A DNA stretch of 64,000 bases from Octopus bimaculoides. Taxonomy: Eukaryota. Positions 12,024 through 23,559 of this stretch are shown piece after piece. Below the pieces are notes generated by a model that saw nothing but the letters and a program-made list of their open reading frames with translations, did not search any database and was not told where the DNA came from. A program made the translations under genes and the position numbers. The stretch spans positions 33,546,898 to 33,610,897 of the forward strand of contig NC_069004.1 in assembly GCF_001194135.2 (NCBI RefSeq). Reading direction: 5' to 3'. Position 1 is the stretch's first letter, and each line of letters opens with the position of its first letter.

Positions 12024-15000
12024 ATCCAAACAATGAAGAACAAATATGAAAAAACAACAACGCGATGACGTGGTACAAGTACTGTATTATCAGACGCTCA
12101 GGAAAAGAAGCAAAGAGGATTTAACATTTCGAGCAAAGCTCTTCCTCAGAAATAAAGGAAAGTTGAAAAGAAGAGAAGACGGAGGAAGAAAATTGCCAAC
12201 AATTTACATCATCATCATCATTGTTTAACGTCCGCTTTTCACGCTAGCATGGGTTGGACAATTTGACTGAGGACTGGTGAGCCAGAGGGCTGCACCAGGC
12301 TCCAAACTAATCTGGCAGAGTTTCCGTCTACCAAATCCACTCACAAGGCTTTAGTTGGTTTGAGGGTATAGTAGAAGACACTTGCCCAAGGTGCTATGCA
12401 GTGGGACTGAACCCAGAACCATGTGGTTGGGAAGCAAGCTTCTTACCACACAGCCACGCCCGTGTAATATCATTATCTAACAGCCACGCCCGTGTAATAT
12501 CATTATTTAACGTCTGTTTTCTATGCTGGTATGAGTTGGAGGGTTTGACAGGAGCCAACAAGCCAGAGGACTGCATTAACTTCCCATGTCCTTTTCAATA
12601 TTCTGCAACAACATGTCCAGCCGCAGGGAAATATTATGTTGCTTGGAAACAGTTGAGAGTTGGCAACAAGAAGGACGAAGGATATCTGGTCATAGGAAAC
12701 CTGCCTCAATTAAACTCAATCCGACCCATGCAAACAGAGAAAGATTTATGTTAAAACAAAAGAACTGGTGGTACTTACATGGAAATTTGGTTGACATAGA
12801 ACGTGAACAAACCCCGAAACTGGTCAAAATCGTAATATGTGGAATGGAAAAACTTGCCAACGACCCGTCGACATCCTTTGCAGGAGAGTTTACTGTAGGT
12901 GCTGCAACAGACAAGAAAAAAAGCACAGGTAAATGGAATAAAGATGCACAGGTATAGTTGTAAGGAATAAAACAGTGTATGTATATTTTTTTGTTTTGCA
13001 AGGTACTTGGTGACCTTGTCAGTGCAGGTGTTACTTAGAAAGCATCCAGTCCACATTGTAAAGTGGTTGGCATTTGGAAGGGCATCCAGCTATAAAAATC
13101 ATGCCAAAACTGTCCTCGCCTGTGCTTGTGCCACATAAAAAGTTCACTAAGTCCACTCTGCTGGGTGGTTGGTGTTTGGAAGGGCATCCAGCTGTAAAAA
13201 TTATGCCAAAACAGTTACAGAAGTTTGGTGCAGGCTTCTTTCAAACTGTCCCACCCATGCCATCATGGAAAGCAAACGTAAAACGATGATGAAGATACAT
13301 TATTTACATTTGACGGATATTTGTCCTCATCTTGTTTGTTGTTAACACAACGTTTCGGCTGATATACCCTCCAGCCTTCATCAGGTGTCCTGGGTAAATT
13401 TCAAACCTAGGTTCCTTAGCCAAAACGTGTTAACAACAAACAAGATGAGGATAAATATCCATCAAATGTAAATAATGTACATAATTCCTCATCTCTTAAA
13501 TATAGAACTGGATGATGATGACGACGATATTTGAGGCTATCTAGGGTAGCTGATGGGGTACGATAGTGGGGAGCCAAACACCATATATTTAAGGTTACGC
13601 AGGGTTAATTGACGTGCTATAGTTGTAAAGAGTGACATAATATATTTAGGAGTACCTAGGGTAGCTGATATTGTGCAACAGTACAAGGTCATATTTCTAA
13701 AAGTATTCAAGGGTAACAGGTACTAGCAGTAGTAATAGCAGGCAAGATGCAATATATTTAGGGGTACTCAAAGGCTTGCAGTTGTACAGCACCTTATATA
13801 TTTGACAGCTGCCCTGAGTCCTAAAGGCTGTGGTTTATGAGGTGATGGTGGTGTTGATAAGGTTTAGACTGTACATGTAGTAGAGTACCTCAAACACACG
13901 TGAAAGAAAAGCTTACCTTATTTGATTACTTTCAGATCGTTGGATCAAGATTTCTTCATCTACGATAACAAAATCACTTGCCTCTAAAAGAAGAAAAGGA
14001 AGAATGGATGAGAATATAATCAGAGAAAATTAAGAATCGGATGAAGAATCCATCTTTTATCTTTTACTTGTTTCACTTGTTAGATTATGACCATTTTGGG
14101 GTGCTGCTTTGAAGGGTTTGGTTGAAGTGACCCCAGTATTTGATTTTGAAAACCTGGTGCTAATCTATTTGTACCTTTTGCTGAACCTCTAAGTTACAGG
14201 GATGTACACAAACCAACACCAGTTGTCAAATAGTGGTGGTGGGCAAATAAGGATACATTCATTCATAGCCTCATGGTAAGAGCCTAGCTTCCCAACAACA
14301 TAGTTCTGGGTTCATTGACCAATGGAATAAGTACTAGGCTTTAAAAAAAAAGTACTGGGGTTGAATTTTTGGAAGGTGGTGCCCCAGCATGGCCACAGTC
14401 TAATGACTGAAACAAGTGCAAGACAAAAGACATACAATTGACTTATTAACTCTACAAAGTCCACTCACATGGCATCGGTCAGCAGACTCGTGGACATAGG
14501 ATCACGGTTGATTCCCAGACTGGATGTGAAAGTTTATTGAGCAAAAACACCTAAAACTCCATGAGGCTCTGGCAGGGGGGTGGGTGGGGGGTGGCGAACC
14601 CTGCTGTACTCTTTCACCACGACTTTCTCCCTGTTTCTGCTGTACCTGTATTTCTAAGGACTAGCCTCATCACGTGTGGTATTATCTCCCTTAGTGGGAA
14701 ACAAACACACACACACATGATTATTTTTTTTATTGCCCAGAGAGGGCTAAACATAGAGGGGACAAACAAAGGAATCAAGTTGATTACATCGACCCCAGTG
14801 CGTAACTGGTACTTATTTAATCGACCTCAAAAGGATGAAAGACAAAGTCAACCTTGGCAGAATTTGAACGTAGCGACAGATGAAATACCACCATTTCGCC
14901 CAACGCACTACCTTAAATATATATATGGGCTTCTTTCATTTCCGTCTATTAAATCCCCGCTTGCCATTTGGTAGACAGAAACTGGCCCAAGGCTACAGTA

Positions 15001-15525
15001 GAAGACACTTGCTCAAGGTGTCATGCAATAGGACTGAACCTGGAACCATGTGGTTGGGAAGCAAGCTTCTTAGCACACAGCCACATGCAAGTGCACGCGT
15101 GCATAGTTAAGTTGGTGCACCTAAATGAGTGTGTGTGTGTGTGTATAGGTAAGTGTAAAAGAGGGAGACAGTGTAAGATGAAAGTGTGAATACTTACTAG
15201 ACAAGCAGATGACTTGCATGGCTTCGTTGGTGATCTCCCAGGAGAGGGAGTCTCCGAAGATTACCTTGCAGTTAGAACACTGGAAGATAATTGGGAAGAG
15301 ATGGTTGACGTGGTCAGGAAACACATCAAACATCTTAATAAAAGACGCCTGATTGCTCATAATGTCAGTGATGGCGGGATCACAATGGAGAAGGCTGTAA
15401 ATGGAAGATTGTAATAAAAAATTAGGGAACCTATGGATTCAAACATCGAATCTTTGATAGGAAATTTTCTTCATACTGTAATTGTGTAAGTATAACAAAG
15501 AACCGTTCTAGATTATAATATACAG

Positions 15526-15576
<51 letters not shown>

Positions 15577-18341
15577 CTCAATGATCTAGGCACCATATGC
15601 ACAGCTATTCTAGAAACAGCTGTTAGAGATTTTATGCATTATTTCTTAATCCCTTATTTACTTTTACAACTCTGCAATTATGTTCGAATTATAAATTACA
15701 AGCTCGAAAGCAACACCACAGCTTCTGTTTTGCTTGTTCATTCTCTCTTCCTTATATATATATATATATGCCTGCTTAATGATGAACCGCTTATAGCCAT
15801 TCTAAGCAGGCATAACACCCATTTTTTTTTTAGTTGCCGTTCAAGTCGAAATCTTAGTGGTAAACCAACCTGAGCATTTATAGTACATACCTATAGAATT
15901 ATGTCACTAGCTGGTCAGAATTTCTATGTCAACAACATTCTTTTATACGAATAATTTGTATTCTACAGTACATAAAAACAAATATTAATATATACTGCTG
16001 AGACCCCCTTTGGACATGACTGACCATGGGGTTGCACCTAGAAAGTTACCCTCCCAGGCAAGGTTGTTTATGGAAGACCAGCAGTCATCCATACATACCA
16101 GCCTCCCCTCTCTACACCACGGATGTTATCCAAGGGAAAGGCAAAGGCCATGATACAGCTTGGCACCTGTGATGTTGCAACAGAGGTTCCGGCGCATCTA
16201 CGTAATCCTAACTCCTTAACGAGTGTGCACTGTAAAAACATCGTTACGTAGATACATCGGAACCTCTGTATTTAAGAAGTGCATGCATGTATATATATAA
16301 TATATAAGTTGAAGGCACGAAAAACAACGACTTCGGTGCAAAACGAAAGGGTACACATAACAGAATCTTCAAAAATTCTGGACTAGGGCGTAATTTAACC
16401 TGCAATTGCTTATAAAATATGCTAAATGCAGTAATTAAGTCAGTTTAATTAATCTTAGTAATCACAGGCTCCCTCAAGTACGTAAAAATGATTAGTAAAT
16501 TGGATTCATTCCATTTTGCATTGGACGTCCTTGTTTATCCAAGTTTAAACTAAATATATAATATGGAGGGGGGGATCCAGGGAGTTGTGAGTTTCATGCA
16601 TCGAGCAAAAACGTACATCAACAACATACAATGTTTATGGCGAAGGTAAAGGATTACGTAGACCCGGTGTTTAGGGTCAGGGTCAGTTTTAGGGTTAAGG
16701 TTTTTGTTACGCCGAAAACCGGTGGTGTACGTCCTTTACCTCCGCCAGATTTATATATATATTACGAAATAAAATGTTAACAGATCAATTATGAAACAAT
16801 ATAGAGAAGAGAGAGAGGGGGAGAAGATGGACTGTCCTTGAAAAATACATTTTTGGGGATTCCTACCTTTTAGATGTCGGAGATTACGAATATACAATTT
16901 TTTTTTTAATTTCCCCCTCTCCCCACCCCATTTAAAATTTCGAACTTTTCCCCCCTATGTTTTAGATGTCGGAGATTCCGAATATGCAAGAAAACCAAGT
17001 TTTGAAACTTTTAAATTCAACAAGCATATAGATGTGTGTGTATAAAGAGATAGATTGATCTGAATGTCTTCCTGGGGCTAAAAACAACAGTAACACCGTC
17101 TTCTTTTGGATCGCCACGTTTAGCTGACAAATATATTTTATGAATAAACAGAAAGGGACAAATAGATAGACAGATAAATAAATAAATAGATGAAAAAGTT
17201 CAAAATATCAAATTGGGGGAAGAGTGCAATTTGAACCCCTTATTAAACTTTATATGCTTTAATACTTTACTGCTCTATACTTAAGAATGTGCTTATTCGT
17301 ATATATGATATATTGCCAATATATATATTAAACATTAATGTTTGTGTCTCATATATGTTTTAGATTTAAATGGGAGTTTATTAAACAGTTTAGGATTTGG
17401 GTCTACGCTAATTGCAGTGAAGTAAATGAGGAAAATCATTAATAAGAAGAACCAACCTGAAAAGATGCGAATTAAAATTCCCGCTCAAAACGAAGTTGTT
17501 TTCGTGTCTCTACGTAACCGACGAAGCACTCCTCGCAAAGGTGGTCTCGCATGAAGAAGACGAACCCCTCCATGTAAAGGTAGGCGAGACCGATAACAGG
17601 AAGGCCTTTGCGGCCCGTGGAATTTCTAAAGTGGCTCGCTTAATAAAAAGATTACCTTTGACTTATGTGTACTATATTTGATGTGGGTGTGATAAAATAA
17701 TACGGAAGGGTCGTGGCTGGCCCATCTTTGAGGTCTGCTGGGCCAGGATGGAACAATTAAAATATGAGTCTAGAAGAAATGGTATTTTGAGTTGAGAGTA
17801 GAATTTGGTTTTGGGTCGGGTGATTCTTTGATGAAATGAAGAATGTGGGTAAAGGTTAACATTTGTTAATGAATAGAGAGAGAGGGGGAACAGAGATAAA
17901 GTGAGAGAGAGACAGGGGAAAGTTAGAAAGAGAAAGCGAAGGATGGAGAGAGAGAGAGGAGGAAAAGAAACAAAGTGACAGAGAGAGGGAGAAGGAAATA
18001 ATATCTGAGAGAGAGAGAGATGAGGGAGAAGGAAACAAAATGAGAGAAAGATAAAGAGAGAGAACAAAGAGAGATGTGGACAAGGAAGCAAAGTCTGAAA
18101 GAATGAGAGGAGGAGAAACAGCGAAAAGATGATACCATTCCGTCCATTTGTGTAGAAAATAAATCCTGAACTGTCAGCCGACCTCAGTCATATTTCCTTC
18201 GACTGTTTCGAAGAAGAGGTGGAGGAAAAGTTAAGAAAAAAAAAAACGGATATAAATAGAAGGGTTCCGTTTGCCATCATCTCACCTGGCCTGTCTATTT
18301 TTCTTCTTTCTCCTTCTTTTCGTCATCTGTTTCGTCTTCAT
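10287..18341 (-). CDS. MIS18A: Mis18 (alpha-like) centromere protein; exons 18341-18286, 15394-15198, 13983-13917, 12901-12779, 11453-11393, 10592-10287
   Basis: The spliced product has both Yippee/Mis18 CxxC motifs (IFQCSNCKVIFGDSLSW; LSCKGCRRVVG), then FRGLFTFYVNQISMYQTG and a C-terminal coiled-coil segment IKCILISLNERLTLIEKKL. All junctions are GT-AG and in phase. The first exon is less certain (Met at 15360 is an alternative start), and alpha versus beta orthology is untested. Confidence 0.88.
11393..11453 (-). CDS. MIS18A: Mis18 exon
   Basis: tttatttcag| ... |gtaaga; YQTGQEGTYKDIAQLEYIDP; phases 2 and 0 fit. Confidence 0.82.
12119..12153 (-). ncRNA. Minimal hammerhead ribozyme (second PLE family), one stem III change
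   Basis: AUUU-CUGAGGA-A-GAGC(uuu)GCUC-GAAAU-GUU-AAAU. Confidence 0.6.
12779..12901 (-). CDS. MIS18A: Mis18 exon, second CxxC
   Basis: ctgttgcag| ... |gtaagt; TYSKLSCKGCRRVVGKFFHSTYYDFDQFRGLFTFYVNQIS. Confidence 0.9.
13296..13510 (-). mobile_element. Penelope-like element terminal fragment with inverted duplication
   Basis: Hammerhead core plus 53-bp inverted arms at 13296-13348 and 13427-13479. Confidence 0.6.
13344..13389 (-). ncRNA. Minimal type I hammerhead ribozyme, Penelope-like-element (PLE) type
   Basis: GACAC-CUGAUGA-A-GGCUG(10 nt)CAGCC-GAAAC-GUU-GUGUU; stems I and II pair and stem III is the AACGUU palindrome. Confidence 0.75.
13917..13983 (-). CDS. MIS18A: Mis18 exon
   Basis: cttcttttag| ... 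|gtaagc; ASDFVIVDEEILIQRSESNQI; phases 1 and 2 fit. Confidence 0.85.
15198..15394 (-). CDS. MIS18A: Mis18 exon, first CxxC
   Basis: ccatttacag| ... |gtaagt; FPIIFQCSNCKVIFGDSLSWEITNEAMQVICLS. Confidence 0.9.
16180..16269. mobile_element. Small MITE
   Basis: acagaggttcc..tctacgtaa / ttacgtaga..ggaacctctgt inverted termini. Confidence 0.55.
16639..16746. mobile_element. MITE with internal TTAGGG-like repeats
   Basis: TIR ggcgaaggtaaagga / tcctttacctccgcc; homologous to 18762-18887. Confidence 0.65.
18286..18341 (-). CDS. MIS18A: Candidate Mis18 first coding exon MKTKQMTKRRRKKKNRQA
   Basis: ATG preceded by an in-frame TAA; strong donor CCAG|gtgaga; phase 2 matches the acceptor at 15394 and keeps the frame open. 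Confidence 0.55.
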
Positions 18342-18761
18342 CGTTTCTTATGCCTTCTTTAAAACTGCAAAAAACACTCCTTACAGCCACATCGGTCCCA
18401 TCAACTTTTGTCTGTCAGTGGAATTATCTCAGATTGTCTCTCGCGAATTTGAAATGAAGAACGCAAAAATAAAAGTTAAAAGCTTTGTTCCTTAAACCTC
18501 CAAGAAGTCGATCAACATCCCAGAAATAGCAGCCAACTTACATCTAACCGTCTTCGATAAAAACAAGCTGGATAATATTGGTTCTGTTTAGGTTTTGATA
18601 AAATATTTACTTTTTAAACTCGTCTCACTTTCAAAGTTTCTTTTTCTCGTTTTTCCGTTTGTTTTGAAGGCGCAATCTTAGCGGTGCGGCGAGAAGTTTT
18701 CTCCCCAACTATTTCATTCCGGGCTCTGTCCCACTGCGTGACATTCTGAGCAAGTGTCTTT

Positions 18762-18887
18762 GGCGAAAGTAAGGAATACGTACACCCGGTTGATCAAGGT
18801 TAGGGTTTAAGGTTAGAGTTTTAGGGTTGGGGTTTAAAGTTTTTGTTACACCGAAAACCGGAGGTGTACCTATTCTTTACCTCGGCC
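18762..18887. mobile_element. MITE with internal TTAGGG-like repeats, nested in a SINE
   Basis: Same TIRs; flanked by direct repeat gtgtctt. Confidence 0.65.
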
Positions 18888-20749
18888 GTGTCTTCTATCC
18901 TGTTATCGAGTCGATGAAAGCCTTCTGGTTTTAGGAGACGGAAACCTAGCTGGCCAAAACTTCGAAATCACTGTCAATAATATTCTTGTTAAAGAATAAT
19001 ATATACACTTACTGCTCTATTCTTTAGAATGTGCTTCTTTTTCCGATATAAATTATATTGACACTACATATATATATAAATATGCATGTATGCACATATA
19101 TATATATAAATTGTGTGTGTTACAGTGATTTAAGGGCTGAGATTTCGTGCTTTGCCAACGCAATGCTCATAACTCCCTGTAACTCTGCCAATTATCAATA
19201 ATAAAAACAATTAATATACCCCTGTCTTGAGTTCTTTTTTTTTTCCTACTGCATTAGCAAACGCATGTGTGTATCTTTGTTTTTGTTCCCCATCACCGCT
19301 TGGCAACCGATGTTGGTTTGTTTACGTCTGTGATGCAGCGGTTCGGTAATAACACACCGATAGAATAACTTAGAGACATTAGAAACTATAAAAAAGAGGA
19401 AATAAATCAAGCAGGGTCGAATGACTGAAACAAGTAAGAGACATAGAAAGATGAAACCCTGACCATGAAAACCGCCGGATGTCACCCGTGATTTCGGTAA
19501 AACCCTTCCTAAAGTGATACGGGGCTACTAGTAAACATCTGACCTGTATTATTATTATTATTATTTTCTGTTTGTGTTTATTTGCTGGGTTCGCAAGTAA
19601 GGATAGTTCCCACATAACTGATGGAACAAAATATTCTTAGCGGGTGCAAACCCAGTTTTTCAAGAGGATGTTCAAAACGCTTTCATTGCCCCCTCGCCAG
19701 AAAAAAAAGGGGGTGGGGGATGCGCTTGCACCCCCTGTGCCCGTGGCTTTCGCAGACCTCGGTACATTTTAGTTGTTCAGATCAGTCCTGATCCAGCAGA
19801 CAGTCTAACCATGACCATCTCGAGTTGTTTTGTTTTTTTACCCCTCACAGTATATCTAGGAGTTTGTTGGCCCATCTGTCCCTTTTTTTTCATAAAGTCA
19901 GCGTGTACTTTAAGGAAAATTTGGCTGTTATTTCTAGCAGGTGGAACCACTCCGTGTCTTAGCTACAAGCATGACATAGACGGGTGATTCCAGAGGGTAG
20001 ACGTTCTGTGAAGGACTGGGTGTAGTGATTAGAGGGCAGGAGTTGGATACAGCAAGGGTGATAAGAGCGGAGTAGATGAAAGCTCGGGAATTCCTGAGTC
20101 GGGGTGATGACACGAACCCAATTTAATTCCGGGTGTAATGATAGCGGTAAAGGCGGCAGGCGGGCAGAATCGTTAGCACGCGAGATAGACGGCTTTTAGG
20201 CACTTTTTCGGCTTCTCATGTTCTCAGTTCAAGTAAGGCCGAGATCGATTTTGCCTTTCATCCTTTCGTGGTTGATGAAATAAGTAGCAGTTGAGCACTG
20301 GGGTCGATATAATTGACAAGTCCCCAACATGTTAAGCTGTAGGCCTTGTGACAAAATTTGAAACCATTTTCGTAACGATAGAGAAGGACGGGATGGTCGT
20401 GGTTAGAACAGCTTCGGTCAGGATTAACCTAGATCTAAATGACAACATTATTGTAAACGTGAATAGGTGAATTAAAAACCTTAAATGATATTTCGACAGT
20501 TAGAAAAAGCAAATGACCGAAGGCACCTACGGGAGATAACTCTGCAGTTATTCCTCTTTTCATAGCAGTTTTCTGTTTTACATAGGCAATGGTGAACTAT
20601 AGCGTCGTAAGGTATTAGATTTCTAACAGGTTAGTGGTGGTTCACTGTATTTCTAATTATAAGTGTTACAATAGAAAGTTGTAAGTTTATGCAGAACAAA
20701 TACCGCAAGAGTCTTCATCTAAAAAAAGGTCGTCGTTTTGTTTTCTTAC

Positions 20750-21150
20750 CAGTGTTTATATTATTCCGTAATATATACTCTTTTACTTGTTTCAGTCATT
20801 TGACTGTGGCCATGCTGGAGCACCACCTTTAGTCGAGCAAATCGACCCCTGGACTTATTCTTTGTAAGCCTAGTACTTATTCTACCGGTCTCTTTTGCCG
20901 AACCGCTAAGTTACGGGGACGTAAACACACCACCATTGGTTGACAAGCGATGTTGGAGGGACAGACACACAAACACATACATACATATATATATATACGA
21001 CGGGCTTCTTTCAGTTTCCGTCTACCAAATCCATTCACAAGTCTTTGGTCAGCTTGAGGCAATAGTAGAAGACACTTGCCTAAGGTGCCACGCAGTGGAA
21101 CTGAACCCGGAACCATGTGGTTGGTAAGCAAGCTACTTACCACACAGCCA
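20750..21150 (-). mobile_element. SINE family A, near full length
   Basis: Reverse complement of the 617-962 element with high identity. Confidence 0.82.
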
Positions 21151-21159
21151 CTTCTGAAA

Positions 21160-21700
21160 TGTATAAGACATACTGGGAAATGAAATTCTCGACTACACAG
21201 TCAACTGCTCAACCGCACCCCACACATAATAATCAAGGAGGTTGCAGTGTAGGGAGTTAGGTGACCAGATGTTAGGGGTGATGTGGTCCCAGAAATTATC
21301 TGACGGCCATGACTGGGTTCTCCTGCTTGTGTGGCATGGTGCAGAGTCCTGTTGCCAGACATGGGGTCTTCCAGTAGCTACCCTCTTGACCCAGGGCAGC
21401 ACTACCTCCTCCAGGCACTTGATGTAGGCCTTCATGTTGAGTCTGAGGCCATGTGGGAAAATGAATGGAGGCATAACTTCGTCATCACTACTTATCATTC
21501 CAAGCACCATGTTGTTGACTGGATGTTTAATTTTTATCCCTCTCGGTACATGTCCCCTGATTGCCCTCTCCTCAAATTGACAACCAAATACTCTGAAATG
21601 TTCGGATTGGAGTTTCTGGTGCAAATGCCAAGCAGTGCAGCACGTGGAGTGCGTCATCGTGCTCTGTTTTTCTCACCGACGCTGCCCAAATAAGACATTG
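21160..21700 (-). mobile_element. Tc1/mariner superfamily, maT (DD37D) transposase remnant
   Basis: MVLGMISSDDEVMPPFIF...VWQQDSAPCHTS...WSPNSLHCNLLDYYVWG; 37 residues counted between the second and third Asp. Confidence 0.85.
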
Positions 21701-21833
21701 TAGGAAGGAAAAACGAAGGGAGGGAAGGAGAAAGAAAAATAAATGACAAGAGGGAGAGGGGTAGGTGAGGGTGAGTTGGAGAGAAAAATTAAGGGTGAGT
21801 GGGGCGCAGAAGTATAAAAATGGGATTATTGAA

Positions 21834-22070
21834 CTGCATTGTTAGCAACAAGACACATCTCGCATAACAAATTGCATTGTTAGCAACAGGATACACCTGG
21901 CATGATAAACTGCTTAGTTAGCAACACAGCAAACCCCACATACCTTGTTAGCAACCCTTACAGACTAACTGCATTGTTGACAACAAGACACATCTTACAT
22001 AACAAACTGCATTGTTAGCAACATGTCACATCTTACAAACTTGAATGTGTTGCATTGTTAGCAACATACT
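21834..22070. repeat. Degenerate minisatellite, unit about 38 bp, core tgcattgttagcaaca
   Basis: Seven core copies read directly. Confidence 0.8.
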
Positions 22071-22401
22071 AAAAGAACTGGATATTTTACAAAGGAAGTT
22101 GGCAGTTTCAAATACCAAACATTGTTTATTTAAACAAATTTGTCACAGAGCAAACAGGACAAAATCTCTCTGGAAGAAGAAGCTGGAGGAATGGGGAGGG
22201 AGTGGAATTTGAAACCTGACTCTCCGGGTTTCCTAATGCTTTACAGGCCTCCCCTTTCTCCAAAATGGCCTGTTATCAGTTACTGAAAAATCATTAACAA
22301 GTGCTTGTTGAGAGAATGTAGATGCAAGTGATCGTGCTTGTATATTTTCAGCTATGTTTGGATATACAAACTTGTGTATATGTTGATATGTGTGTGTGTT
22401 T

Positions 22402-22444
<43 letters not shown>

Positions 22445-23559
22445 CATACATGCATAGGCATTTTGGTACATACATACATACACACATATATATACACACA
22501 TACAGATATATGTACATACATGCACACACATAGGCATAAAGATATACATACATACATATATATGTATGTGTATATGTATATATGTATTTATATGTGTATA
22601 CATACACACACCCCTCTACATACATATACCCTTACTTACACTAACAGACATGTGCATTCCCTCACACACACACACACACACACATACTCACATACTGCAT
22701 ATATACATTTCACACAACTCCATGGTTCCTTAGTATTTGAAATTTGTAGTTTAATGTATTTTCCCACAGAAGAAATGCTTAAATTACATGCATGCACACA
22801 CACACACACAAACACACATGTATGCATTGCATTTACCAAAATAGCAATGTGTGTGTGTGTGTGTGTGTGCATGTGTGTATGTAGTGGGTGTGAGAATAGT
22901 GGATGTAATAACATTGTTAATTTTAATTAAATTTAATTACACCATTAATTATCAGAACAATCATTAGCCAAATGAAATGACTGAACCTAGTAAAAAAAAA
23001 CAAAAACAAACAACCATACTGATTGGACAACTTCTGAAATTTTAATTAATTAAAAATCAATTATATATATCAAATGCATTTGGAGTGGAGGGACAAACAC
23101 AGACACAGACAGACAGACACACACAATGGGCTTCTTTCAGTTTCCGTCTACCAAATCCACTTACAAGGCTTTTGTTGGCCTGAGGCTATAATAGAAGACA
23201 CTTGCCCAAGGTGCCACGCAGTGGGAATGAACCCGGAACCATGTGGTTGGTAAGCAAGCTACTTACCACACAGCCACTCTCCATGTGTGAGTGTGTGTTT
23301 ATGAATGTGTATATCTATATGCTTAAGTTCTATGTGTATAATTCTACACATCCTAAATTTTTCTCTTTCTCTCTCTTTCTTCACTCACACATGCATGCAC
23401 ACACACACACACACATATATACATCATCATCATTTAGCGTCCATTTTCTATGCTGGCATGGGTCAGACAGGTTGGCTGGAACTGATAAGCTAGAGATCTG
23501 CATCAGGTTCCAGTTGTCTGTTTTTGACCTGGTTTCCATGGCTGGCTGCCCTTCCACAC

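Noticed and set aside
12450-12510. 30-bp tandem duplication; also the 10-bp x3 repeat at about 43007-43038 and the 12-bp x3 repeat at about 47115-47150
   Set aside because: Ordinary slippage duplications with no further structure.
21834-22070. Repeat array resembling CRISPR
   Set aside because: Eukaryotic context, degenerate units, spacers related to each other, no cas genes.
22233-22930. Long YIYI/HTHT/CVCV ORFs here and at about 29050-30520, 34182-35687, 36650-37294, 38490-39850, 60748-61413
   Set aside because: Translations of microsatellites or N runs; no coding signal.
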